Part shown: positions 21,260 through 30,973 of the stretch, piece after piece | Layout: each line of letters starts with the position of its first letter | Numbering within the stretch: the first letter of the stretch is position 1 | NCBI GenBank assembly: GCA_964291215.2 | Contig: OZ219790.1 | Span: 2,176,001-2,240,000, forward strand | Origin: Alphaproteobacteria bacterium | GTDB lineage: Bacteria; Pseudomonadota; Alphaproteobacteria; MPNO01; UBA830 | Length of the DNA stretch: 64,000 bases | Reading direction: 5' to 3' | Program-made: the position numbers and the translations under genes | The notes under the pieces: model-generated | Seen by the model: the letters and a program-made list of their open reading frames with translations, nothing else | Told to the model about the DNA's origin: nothing | The model's database searches: none

Positions 21260-22142
21260 GGTCGCTTCCGGCCAGCGCTTCCGCGAGCGTCACGTGGTGC
21301 GTCAATTCATGCACCACAAGGGGGCGCTGCTCGGTTTCGCGTTCCTCGTCTTCATCCTGGTGTTCGTCGCGTTCGGCCCGCTGATCTGGACCGTCGATCC
21401 CCAGTTCATCGACATCCGGGCGCGGAATTCGGGAATGAGCCTTGCCCATCCGTTGGGCACCGATCAGCTCGGGCGGGACATGCTGGCGCGCCTGATGGCA
21501 GGGGGGCGTGCTTCGGTGGCCGTCGGCGGCGCCGCGGTGCTGCTCTCGCTCCTCATCGGCAGCCTCGTCGGTCTTCTTGCAGGCTTCGTGCGCTGGCTGG
21601 ATGGCCCTCTGATGCGCTTGACCGACCTGTTTCTGTCCCTTCCGCTCCTGCCCCTCTTGCTCGTTGTCATACTGTTGTTTCGCGACGCGCTGCGGGCCGC
21701 TTTCGGACCCGAGGCGGGGATTTTCATCCTCATGGTGGGCGTAATTGGCCTCACCGGCTGGATGCAGACCGCCCGCATCGTCCGTGGCGAGGTCCTCACC
21801 GTGAAGGAGCGCGAGTTCGTGGTCGCCGCGCGGGCGGTAGGGCTGCCGGAGCACCGGATCGCACGGTGCCATGTTCTGCCCAACGTTCTCTCGTCCATCA
21901 CGGTTTCGGCGACGCTGGGCATGGCCAACGCCATCATTACGGAATCGGCGCTCTCCTTTCTCGGGCTCGGGTTCCCGTCGGACTTCGCGACATGGGGGCG
22001 CCTGCTGTTCGACGCCATCGACTATCTGCAGCAATATCCAGGCCGGGTTCTGTGGCCCGGCCTGACAATTTCTCTCACGGTGCTGTCGGTAAACTACATG
22101 GGCGATGGCCTCCGCGACTCGCTCGATCCGCGGACGCGTTGA
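21252..22142 (+). CDS. Peptide ABC transporter permease (OppC/DppC-like)
   Basis: HPLGTDQLGRD, EFVVAARAVG, ESALSFLGLG, GDGLRDSLDP. Confidence 0.92.
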   Translation: MAEVASGQRFRERHVVRQFMHHKGALLGFAFLVFILVFVAFGPLIWTVDPQFIDIRARNSGMSLAHPLGTDQLGRDMLARLMAGGRASVAVGGAAVLLSLLIGSLVGLLAGFVRWLDGPLMRLTDLFLSLPLLPLLLVVILLFRDALRAAFGPEAGIFILMVGVIGLTGWMQTARIVRGEVLTVKEREFVVAARAVGLPEHRIARCHVLPNVLSSITVSATLGMANAIITESALSFLGLGFPSDFATWGRLLFDAIDYLQQYPGRVLWPGLTISLTVLSVNYMGDGLRDSLDPRTR

Positions 22143-22233
22143 CCGCCAAGGGCCTGGAACGGCATGAGAACGACCTGGATCACGATTCCCACCGGCCGGG
22201 GACAGTGCAACGCGCGACCGGAACGCAACGGCG

Positions 22234-22475
22234 ATGATTGCCATTCCACTGGTACCGCCCCGGCGGCGCAAGCCCGCTTTCGTTCTCCGATATCGAAGCC
22301 GGTCGCGAGCACAGCACGGGCCTCAGATATTGCGGCAACCGTCCCGGCGGACCCGAGCACCCAAGGGTACGCATACCGGGTTCTGGGCGGTCACGGTTCG
22401 CGCCAACTGGCGGGAGATCTTCCGCTTCGAGGGACGGCCATACCACCGATGTCGACTACCTGGACTACCACTACG
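22234..22475 (+). pseudogene. higB: HigB-like (RelE family) toxin relic
   Basis: GFWAVTVRANWREIFRFEG and DVDYLDYH in different frames. Confidence 0.7.
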
Positions 22476-22487
22476 GAGGTAACGCTC

Positions 22488-22776
22488 ATGCCCATGCACG
22501 ACCCGCTCCATCCCGGCGCATTCATCCGGCGCCAGTGCCTCCAATCTCTCGGACTGACGGTGACCGAGGCCGCGAAGGGGCTTTCGGTCTCGCGCAATAG
22601 GCTGTCGATGCCGCTCAACGATTGTCTCGCCATCTCCCCGAAGATGGCGATCCTGCTGTCCGAGGCCTTCGGCAGCAGCCTCCGAGAGCTGGTTGACGCA
22701 GCAGATGAAGTACGAGCTCCGGCGCGCGCAGCAGAACCGCGACCCGATCGAGATCCGCAAATTCGCGGCAGTCTGA
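22488..22776 (+). pseudogene. higA: HigA family antitoxin, frameshifted
   Basis: MHDPLHPG..LGLTVTEAAKGLSVSR..ISPKMA..AFGSS, then ESWLTQQMKYEL in a shifted frame. Confidence 0.8.
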
Positions 22777-22861
22777 CTGGCCTGAACCCATCCTTGTTCT
22801 TCCGCAACCGGAACGTCGCGGCGTGGACATGCGGCCGACATCCAGGCTACATCGTAGCCTA

Positions 22862-24493
22862 ATGGAGCATCGACACATGCGCACCGTCGTTCGGGCCCGT
22901 ATCGACGAAAAGACCAAGCAGGAAGCAGCCGCCGTAATCGACGCGATCGGCCTCACCGTGTCCGATGCCTTCCGCCTGATGATGGTGCGGATTGCGACCG
23001 AAAAACGCCTGCCGTTCGAGCCCCCGGTGCCGAACGCGGAGACCATTGCGGCCATGGAGGCCGCGCGGCGTGGCGACCTGGCCACGGTCGACGATGTCGA
23101 CGGCTTGATGGCCGACCTTCACGCGGACGATCAGAGGACCGCGGTCTTCGAACAGGATTACAGGCGCGAGAAGAAGGGCCGATGCGCCAGGACCGCCGAT
23201 GCCGAGCTCGCGCATGTCGTAGCCGAGCTGGCGGAGGACCGGCCGCTCCCGCCGCACCATCGCGACCGTGCGCTTGGCGGGCAGTGGAGGAACCACCGGG
23301 GCTGCCATGTTCGGCCCGCCACGGTCCTGATCTTCCGCAAGTCCGACGCCGAACATGTGGATCTCGTGTCTTGTCATTCATAAAATGTCGGATAAAGGCG
23401 TTTGAGTTTCACGCGGGCATCGTTGGTGGTGAACTGCCAATCCACCTTGGCCTGAATGCGGTCGCCTGCCAGGCGGCGACTTCCCGGCGTAACACCTCGA
23501 TGCAGTCGATGCGGCGGTTCAGGCGGATCATGACGTTGAGTTCCACCACGTTCAGCCAACTGCCGTGCTTGGGGGTGTAGACGAACTCGAAGCGGTCCCA
23601 CAGGGCCTCGTCCGGCGGGTAGGCCTCGTAGAGGGCGCCGGGGAGTGTTGAGATTGTCCATCACCAGGGTGATGGTGGTGGCATCTTGGTAGCGCCCGGC
23701 GATGTCGGCCAGGAACTGCGCGATCTTGCGCCCGGTTACCTTGGTCATGCGCTTGCCGGCCAGGGGTTCCGTGAAGACGTTGCAGGTACCGCAACGTCGA
23801 TACTCATAGTCGTTACGCCCGTCCCGGCGCCATGGCGATCGGTTGCCGTGTCTCGCCGGTCGGGGCGTTTCGTCCATGCAGACCACGGGGAAAGCGGCGG
23901 GGCGGCGATCGAGCACCTTCGCTGCGGCGAAGTCGGCGTTCCCTTGAGGAGGAATCACCCACCCGCTGCCATGGCTTGAGGCAGTTTTTTTAGAACACGC
24001 CGCACCGTCTCGTGTGACACGGTATCAACAAGCTCGACAACGCGGTCGGCCAGCAGCCGCAACGACCATTGCGCGTAACCCTCAGGCGGTTCACCACAAC
24101 TCAGGGCCACGCGCCTCGAAGGTGCCGTCGGCTTTTCGCATATAGGTAGGACGGCGCCGGCCACCCAATGCCGCCTCCAGCCCCTCGAAACGCTTCTTTA
24201 CTCGGTCTACTTTGCGCATGCTGATGCGCAGAATCTCGGCAATGACCTTCCCGGTCATCTGGCATTCATTGAACGCGCTCTCGTCGCAGTTAAGCAGGGC
24301 GTTGATTACCTTTTGCGACAGGTGCGAGCCCTTGATCTCCGAAAGTTCTGCCCGTTCGTCCAGGGTCACCACGCAGCGTTTCATACTCCGACCTCCATCC
24401 CGAATGGACGGACAGTCTAGCACCAAATGTACGACATATCATTGCTGACATAACACTAGTGCGTCTCGGCCCGCACGACAACTCGGCCTCTGA
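22862..24493 (+). pseudogene. DinJ/RelB antitoxin fused in frame to a YafQ toxin relic, interrupted by IS630
   Basis: VVRARID..GLTVSDAFR..PNAETIAAMEAARRG runs into DRALGGQW..GCHVRP..LIFRK; toxin end LVRLGPH resumes at 24456 after the IS. Confidence 0.8.
23367..24456 (-). mobile_element. IS630 family element, degraded
   Basis: WSLRLLA..SHETVRRVLKK, A-run slippery site, VCMDE, DYEYRRCG, MDNLNT, WQFTTNDARVKLKRLYP; imperfect TIR GTGT(C/T)(T/A)TGTCA; CTAG target at 24456-24459. Confidence 0.88.
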
Positions 24494-25043
24494 ACGGCCG
24501 CGCCCTCCGGACCCCCGCCGTCCAGTAGTAGGCTGACACTCCGGTCCACAACTGCGCACCTTCGCCAGAATCGCCGCATGACGGCCGCAGCCCGCCGCCT
24601 GCGCACCTTCTCCCGCGTTTCCGCGCCGTACCACACGTCTGCCCGTTTCCGGTGCCAAGCGCTGCGGCAGTCGGGGGAAGAGCGTAACAAGGATGTACCC
24701 ATTGTCCGGCGCGCGGCAACGATGGACGGCATGTTTTCGATGTCCTCGCTGATGGCGAGTTTCAAGCGCTCATTGGAGGGCACGATGGCGAGTTGGCAGC
24801 AAGCGAGAAGGAGTCAGCGCGGTCGTTCGGGCTGGCTCGTCGGCGGAGCACGGACCGGGAGTTTGCTATCGTATAGTCGGCGTCACCGATCGAGGTGTGA
24901 GCGCATGACCGCAGCGTTGCCATGACCTCTCTTCGTCATCTGAATCCGACCTTAGCAAATATAAAATATGTGAAAGTTGGAAACCTTGACGGCATGTGGC
25001 AAGATTCCTACTTTATAGATGATGATAATCGAGAAAGTAGGAA

Positions 25044-26843
25044 ATGCTGCATCTCGTTGGCGAGACTATCGACAAGCACCGCGCGCAATATGGCGTGGAG
25101 ACCGGCAGGCTCGTCCGGATCATGCGGGGCATTTACGTGGCAGCAGAGGATGACGCCGACGCCGTCCTGTTCGATCATGCGCTGCGAATCGCTGCCTATC
25201 TGTACCCGAACACCTATCTTTGCGGAGCCAGCGCCGAGCGGCTCGCGCCGACGCCGGACAGGCGTCTATTCCTGAGTGGCCGACGCATCGCGCGTACGCG
25301 GCTGCGCGATCTGGAAATCATACAGACGCTCGCCCCTGACGCTCCGGAAACAGAGACCGTTCAGACCGTCGACCCCTCGGGCGACCTGAGGGTCAGGCGC
25401 TCGGCGCTGCGCTTTCGCTATCTGGAATCCTTCCGGCGGCGCAGTGAAGCTGGCGCCGCCATGACGATCGAAATGCAGACCGACATCGCCGCCCGTCTCG
25501 TCGAAGCCGCTGGCGGTAAACAGGGGCCAATCATCGAGTGTCGGCGACTGGCTCAGGCCAACGGGTGGCAGGCGGAGGCTGGACGGGCCGAAGCATTTTT
25601 CACCACACCACTCCGAGAGGCGCCGCAGCGGGCGACGCCGCTTCATGTCGGATGGCACGGCGAGGAGATCGGCGTCCTGTTTCATGACGGATCGGCTTGG
25701 CGCTGGGAGCCGACCGCCGCCAAAGGCGCAACACCGGTTCGGACCGGTGCGCCGGGCCGGCTTCCGCCCTTCATCGAAAGCCTGCTGCCGGAAGGATGGC
25801 TCGAACACGTATTGAAGCCAAAGTCAGAGCGGGAGCGAATATCCACCGGCAAGCGCTACATGTCGAACATCGTCGTCTCGGAGAACCCGGACGATCTTCG
25901 GGCTCTCCCCGCGGACGTGCTGGAAGGACAGCTCGATACATATGCTGACGGGAGCGTGTTCGCCGGCAGCTACGCCGGACCCGCGCCTTCCTTCGACGAG
26001 ACGCTGGAAGACCGCATGGCCGCCTTGTACGGATCGACGGTGACGCCGCGCCTGTCGGGCGTTCAGATCAAGGCGCCCATGAACCTCTCGCATGACGGTG
26101 TGTTGCGGTCGGCCGGGGATCGGGCCTTCACGCACATCCTTAAGCCTTCTCCGGGTGCCGGTTTTGAGGATCTCCCTCTGGTTGAAGCGGCATGTCTGGC
26201 GGCCGCTCGAGCCTGTGGGCTCGAAACGGCAGCCCATGCGATCGTCTCGATGCCGGATGATCTCCCCGACGCGCTGCTGGTCGAGCGCTTCGATATCCGG
26301 CGAGATCGTAACGACGGTCGCAGGATGGCGATGGAAGACATGGCGTCCGTTCGCGGCGTCGCGCCTTCGGAGAAATACGACGGTTCCATCGAGCAGGTCG
26401 CACGGGCGCTCCGGGGCGTCTCGAGCGACGCCAACGTGGATCTCGCAGCGTTGCTTGGCCGCACCGTGTTCGCCTGGCTCATAGCCGATGGCGACTTTCA
26501 CCTGAAGAACATGGCCGTTCTGAGGGTGGCGCCCGATGGTGCGGAAAATTTTGCATCCGTCCGGTTCGCGCCGACCTACGATGCCGTGACAACGCGGGTC
26601 TTTCCGGGGCTTGAAGACGACGACCTAGCGCTCTCGCTGGCGGGCAAACGTAATCGACTGTCGTCCAGCGACTTTGTCCGGGCGGGCGTGACGATGGGCA
26701 TTAGTGCGGAGTGGGCTCGCAATATCGTCGAGTCTTTGTGTGCTCGCCTGAGCACCCACCTCAGCGACCTCGGCCCTGGGTCCGATCGCGTCGATCGAGC
26801 GATCGAGATCTGGAAGAAGCGAATCGAGATCACCACCGGCTGA
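25044..26843 (+). CDS. HipA family Ser/Thr kinase with ~190-aa N-terminal extension (AbiEi/HTH-like) and HipA N-terminal (HipS-like) domain
   Basis: LPPFIESLLPEGW, RLSGVQIK, HILKP, LLVERFD, DGDFHLKN, FAPTYD; N-terminus GRLVRIMRGIYV. Confidence 0.88.
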   Translation: MLHLVGETIDKHRAQYGVETGRLVRIMRGIYVAAEDDADAVLFDHALRIAAYLYPNTYLCGASAERLAPTPDRRLFLSGRRIARTRLRDLEIIQTLAPDAPETETVQTVDPSGDLRVRRSALRFRYLESFRRRSEAGAAMTIEMQTDIAARLVEAAGGKQGPIIECRRLAQANGWQAEAGRAEAFFTTPLREAPQRATPLHVGWHGEEIGVLFHDGSAWRWEPTAAKGATPVRTGAPGRLPPFIESLLPEGWLEHVLKPKSERERISTGKRYMSNIVVSENPDDLRALPADVLEGQLDTYADGSVFAGSYAGPAPSFDETLEDRMAALYGSTVTPRLSGVQIKAPMNLSHDGVLRSAGDRAFTHILKPSPGAGFEDLPLVEAACLAAARACGLETAAHAIVSMPDDLPDALLVERFDIRRDRNDGRRMAMEDMASVRGVAPSEKYDGSIEQVARALRGVSSDANVDLAALLGRTVFAWLIADGDFHLKNMAVLRVAPDGAENFASVRFAPTYDAVTTRVFPGLEDDDLALSLAGKRNRLSSSDFVRAGVTMGISAEWARNIVESLCARLSTHLSDLGPGSDRVDRAIEIWKKRIEITTG

Positions 26844-26879
26844 AGGCCGGATGCCGATGCTGGGATCGACCGAAGCCGG

Positions 26880-27170
26880 TTCGAGAGCCGCCGACCTCAC
26901 TCGTTCCTGGCGGCCGAACACGAAGGTGCCGGCGGCAGTGAGCGGCCTGACGACATCGTCCGCGGAAACGTGGTTGCAGAGCGCCGGCGTGCCCGCCGGC
27001 GTCGGCAGGTCGAGCGAGCCGATCGCGTCCTTCAGCCCGACCGGCGGCCCGTGAAGCGCTCCGGCCGGAGCTGCGGCGAGCGACCGATCCTCGTCGAGGG
27101 TGATGACGGCGTCGAAGCCGGCGGCGTTCCGGCGCCTGGTCCAGCAGTTGCGGCCCTCCGGTCACGCGGG
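26880..27170 (-). pseudogene. Amidase N-terminal fragment
   Basis: Minus-strand reading GALHGPPVGLKDAI..DLPTPAGTPAL..LTAAGTFVFG. Confidence 0.6.
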
Positions 27171-27208
27171 CGAACATGTCGGTCCTGGAACCTCCGGTGT
27201 CCCGGCTG

Positions 27209-27595
27209 TCACAGGGCGCGGGTGCGGCGCCGATACCGGGCCACCATTGGATCGGCGGTCAGGAGCATGAAACCCTTGAGCCGCGCCTGCGCGACCAGAA
27301 CGCGATCGAATGGATCTCCATAAAACGGCAGCAGCAACCCGATCTCTGCCGCGTGGACTCCGGTTGTCCGCAGTTCCGAATAGCCGTTGTCCAGCAGCCC
27401 CTGCCGCAGCAGGCGCGGATCCATTCGGAAGTCGGTGCGCCCGAGCGTGTCCTTGATGGCGACTTCCGAGATCGACACGGCGCTGAAAAACAGCTCCGTT
27501 GCCGGCGATTCGATGAGCCTGCGAACCTCCGCCGACAACCGGTCCGAGCGGACTGCCGACCAGAGCAGGAAATGCGTGTCGAGGCGAAGCTTCAC
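27209..27595 (-). CDS. vapC: VapC PIN-domain toxin
   Basis: LDTHFLLW, SAVSISEVAIK, DPFDRVLVAQA, LLTAD. Confidence 0.88.
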   Translation of the reverse strand: MKLRLDTHFLLWSAVRSDRLSAEVRRLIESPATELFFSAVSISEVAIKDTLGRTDFRMDPRLLRQGLLDNGYSELRTTGVHAAEIGLLLPFYGDPFDRVLVAQARLKGFMLLTADPMVARYRRRTRAL

Positions 27596-27831
27596 TTGCC
27601 GACCGAGAACACGGCCTGGATTTCCCGGGCGCCCATGCTGTCGAAGTCCGGCGGCACCAAGATCCGCCCGGCCAGGAATCCGATCCGGCTGTGGGAGTCC
27701 GGCGTATCAAGGGCAACAACCTGGACCACAGGCTTGCCCGCGCGCGCGATGACGAACGGTTCGCCTTCGGCCGCCATCTTGACGAGACGCAAGAAATCAG
27801 TCCTGGCTTCGTGCATGTTGACGATGCGCAT
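27592..27831 (-). CDS. Phd/YefM family antitoxin
   Basis: VNMHEART..GEPFVIARAGKPV; GTGA overlap with vapC. Confidence 0.88.
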   Translation of the reverse strand: MRIVNMHEARTDFLRLVKMAAEGEPFVIARAGKPVVQVVALDTPDSHSRIGFLAGRILVPPDFDSMGAREIQAVFSVGK

Positions 27832-28259
27832 GAGAATGTCTCCTTGCCAATTCGTCTGTTGGACTTTGCTAACTTCGTATGTCCTGACCTCGTGATTTGA
27901 ATTGATCCGCCCGGCTCCCATTTTTTCCAACACAACCAGCGATTTTCCCGGTTTTTTTGCTTGACAACGTAGCCGCGCGACGATACGATATACCATGATG
28001 CTTGGAATTGGATGGCCCCGGCCATGAACACGTTCGCGATGCACCCTCCTGAAGTCGTCCAGATCGGAACCTCAAAGAGATCTGCAGGCGGCGTGAGCCG
28101 CGCGACCGTGCAGCGGGCGGTGAAGAAGCTCCGGAACCGGCCTCCGCATGATCTACGAACTGCCAGACAACGCACGCAAACTCGACCCAGAAGCATCACC
28201 CTGATTGGAAGAAATCAAAGCCGAGGTCAGGATGTCTGAATTTGGGCAGGCGACGCAAG

Positions 28260-28411
28260 CGGGAAAACCGTATCTGCCAGCAGACGACGTTCAAGCCGAC
28301 GGCATCGCGCACGATGCCGTCCTGTCCCGCGAAATCCTATACGAGACACTGTCGGGAGACCGCAATCCCAGTCTGAACACGGTCCTCGGGGTCGTCGGCG
28401 CCCCAGCCTGA
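28260..28411 (+). pseudogene. Addiction-module antidote (HTH) fragment
   Basis: LSREILYETLSGDRNPSLNTVLGVV. Confidence 0.6.
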
Positions 28412-28414
28412 CAC

Positions 28415-28760
28415 TGCGCGCCGAAGCTGCGCCGGGCCCGGCGATGAACATGCGGAAGAGTTCCTGAAGAGCTTCGACAGCATCCTGCAAGCCGATGGCT
28501 GCGCCGGTCGCGGCCGACGCACCGGATCTGGCCGCAAGACGGTACGCCGCTGCGGCTTGCGCATGCGCCACCTCCGCGAAATCTGCAACGGCAGCAAGCC
28601 CGAGATCGACACCACCGAAGGCATGCGCGGGATTGTTGAGCTTTACGACATCAAAGCCGGTATCCACAGCAGCCGCCCGAGCTGCGTTTCGCCGAACGGC
28701 AGACAGGCGGCGCGTCCGCATCCTGCTCAGATCCCGGCTTGCAACACGGCCCCGGCGCCG
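28415..28760 (+). mobile_element. IS66 TnpC internal fragment
   Basis: APGP..EHAEEFLKSFDSILQADG..AHA..LREI..EGMRGIVELYDI across frames. Confidence 0.6.
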
Positions 28761-28803
28761 CGAAAGCCACCAGCGCGGCCTGCACCGTCCGGCACCTGCC
28801 CCG

Positions 28804-29868
28804 TTACCCCGAGGTCAGGGCGAACGCCGGCGCAACCTTCTCGCCGAACAGCCGCACGGAGATGGCGGCCTCCTCGTAGGACAGGTCGTGGAAATTCACC
28901 TGCATGGACGCGTGGTCGCAGCCGCCGACCGCGCGGTCAAGCTCGTGGAGCTGCTCGACGATGTCATCCGGCGTGCCCACGAAGGCGGCCGAACTCTTGA
29001 TCTGCGACTCGAGCGTCTGCTCGGCGATGCGCCGGCGCAGCACATCGTAGCCCCGATACGAATCGGACGCGGTCCCGTGGCGGTAGCCTTCCATCGCGTC
29101 GACGATCGACGCGAAATGTCCCTCGATACCGTGTTCCGCGATTCTCAGGGCATCGTCGCGGTTGTCGCGGCAGTACATGTAGACCGCCATCATTACCTGC
29201 GGCGCGCCGGGATGGCCCGCAGACCGGTAGGCTTCGCGATAGCTCCCCATCATCTCCATTGGATCCGAGCCAACCCCGGGAATGGCCATGATGTGATGGC
29301 CCATGCGGCCGGCACGCTCGAACGAGGCCGGCGTCCCGACTACCGCAACGAAGAACGGCGGGCGCGGCTTCTGAGTCGGGCGCGGCCATGAAGTGACGTT
29401 CTCGAAGCTATGGAACCGGCCGCGGCTGGTTACGGTCTCGTTCTCGAGCAGCAGCGCCACCTGCATCATCCCTTCCTCGAAGCGCGGAACACTCTCGTCG
29501 ATGTCGACCTCGAAGTGGGCGAACTCCTGGGGCAGGAACGCGCGCGCGAACCCGACATCAAGCCGCCCGCCCGAGATGCCGTCAAGCATCGCGATCTCGG
29601 CTGCCATCTTCAGGGGATGGTTGAAGGACGGGATCAGGGCGCCCGTCACCATCCGCGCTTTCCGGGTGCGCTGCGAGGCCGCAGACAGGAAGACGATCGG
29701 ACTCGGCGTGTAGCCTCCCCAGCGATGAAAATAGTGCTCGACAGTCCGCACATGCGAAAAACCGCAGCTGTCGCAGAGTTCCACGAGGCGCAGTGACTCG
29801 TCGTAGTACTGCTGCGCCGGCTTGCGGTCCGGTGTCATGTCCGGAAAGAACTGCATGCCGAATTTCAT
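28804..29868 (-). CDS. LLM class flavin-dependent oxidoreductase (luciferase-like)
   Basis: VEHYF, HPLKMAAEIAMLD.ISGGRLDVGFAR, PRPTQKPRPP, VGTPD. Confidence 0.92.
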   Translation of the reverse strand: MKFGMQFFPDMTPDRKPAQQYYDESLRLVELCDSCGFSHVRTVEHYFHRWGGYTPSPIVFLSAASQRTRKARMVTGALIPSFNHPLKMAAEIAMLDGISGGRLDVGFARAFLPQEFAHFEVDIDESVPRFEEGMMQVALLLENETVTSRGRFHSFENVTSWPRPTQKPRPPFFVAVVGTPASFERAGRMGHHIMAIPGVGSDPMEMMGSYREAYRSAGHPGAPQVMMAVYMYCRDNRDDALRIAEHGIEGHFASIVDAMEGYRHGTASDSYRGYDVLRRRIAEQTLESQIKSSAAFVGTPDDIVEQLHELDRAVGGCDHASMQVNFHDLSYEEAAISVRLFGEKVAPAFALTSG

Positions 29869-29903
29869 AGAGTTTCCTCCAGGCCGCCCGCCATCGGCGC
29901 GCC

Positions 29904-30935
29904 CTATTCGAACAGCCTGCCCTGGAGGCCGGGAGCGGGTTTCGTGCCACCGAGCACGCGCTGCGCGCTCCGGATATTCTCGACGAACCCTTCGTAGTCG
30001 TAGAGCGGCGGGCTGGAATTTCTCAGCTCGAGCATGGCGTAGCGGACTGCCTCGAGCCCCGATTCCGCGGGATTCTCGATCCAGTTCTGATAGTCGCTAT
30101 AGAGGTGCGACTGGCTCTCGGCGAGTTTCAGAAACGCCTCCAGGATGCCTGGCATACGGGTCTGGAAGCTGCGCATTACCTGCTCGGCGTAATACTGGGC
30201 GAGTCCTTCCTTGACCTCGTTGTCGGTGCCAATGAAATGGTTCGTGTTCCACGCGTTGCTGTTGAGATCAACGCCGCGGTGAGTGTAGGCATGGGCGAGC
30301 TCGTGGCAGAGCGTGATGACCGTAAGCACCGGGATCTGCAGGCCAAAGAGCGAGGCGAATATCGCTATCGGCATCCAGTAGATCTGGATTTTCGAGTCAT
30401 GCACCCAGTAGGCACCGAGAATGTCGTCCTCGATCGCCTCGAGGCGTTCGGCCAGAGTCCGTTCGACCGAATGGTCGATAATGCGTTCGACGAAGCGGCG
30501 GCTCGATTCCACCGAATCCATCTCGTCCGTGATGTCGCCGAGATGCCGGGCCAGCATGCCGCGCTCGTCGGCGATGACCCTGAGCCCCTCCCGCGCCGTT
30601 GCGAGCGCGGGACCATTGAGGATCAGCCACCATTGCCATGGCTCGATGTCGGCGGTTGCCTCGGCCAGGGGCTGCGGCATGCCGTCGACCACGGAAACCG
30701 GCACCGATGCGACCGCGCGGCCCGAATCGCCGGAAAGCTTGAGCGCTGTGGCGGCGCGCACCGCGTCCCGGAGGGCGACGTTCCAGCGTTTCACGGTCTC
30801 TGAAACCACAGATTGCGCGCCGGGCGCCAGAACATGCTGAAGCCGCTCCTCGGCCACCGTGACCGGCAGACGGCCCGGCGCCTTCTTCTCAAGATAGTAG
30901 GGTACGCTCCCGGGATCCTTCGCCATGCGTTCCAT
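29904..30935 (-). CDS. Hypothetical protein with HExxH zinc metallopeptidase motif
   Basis: ILGAY..IQIY..LCHELAHAYTH..EGLAQYY. Confidence 0.65.
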   Translation of the reverse strand: MERMAKDPGSVPYYLEKKAPGRLPVTVAEERLQHVLAPGAQSVVSETVKRWNVALRDAVRAATALKLSGDSGRAVASVPVSVVDGMPQPLAEATADIEPWQWWLILNGPALATAREGLRVIADERGMLARHLGDITDEMDSVESSRRFVERIIDHSVERTLAERLEAIEDDILGAYWVHDSKIQIYWMPIAIFASLFGLQIPVLTVITLCHELAHAYTHRGVDLNSNAWNTNHFIGTDNEVKEGLAQYYAEQVMRSFQTRMPGILEAFLKLAESQSHLYSDYQNWIENPAESGLEAVRYAMLELRNSSPPLYDYEGFVENIRSAQRVLGGTKPAPGLQGRLFE

Positions 30936-30973
30936 CCTCGTTTTCCCGCAGTCCCGGATCTAGCGATCGACCT

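Noticed and set aside
24500-24950. Possible small gene upstream of the HipA kinase acting as antitoxin
   Set aside because: No frame gives an HTH or other recognisable protein.
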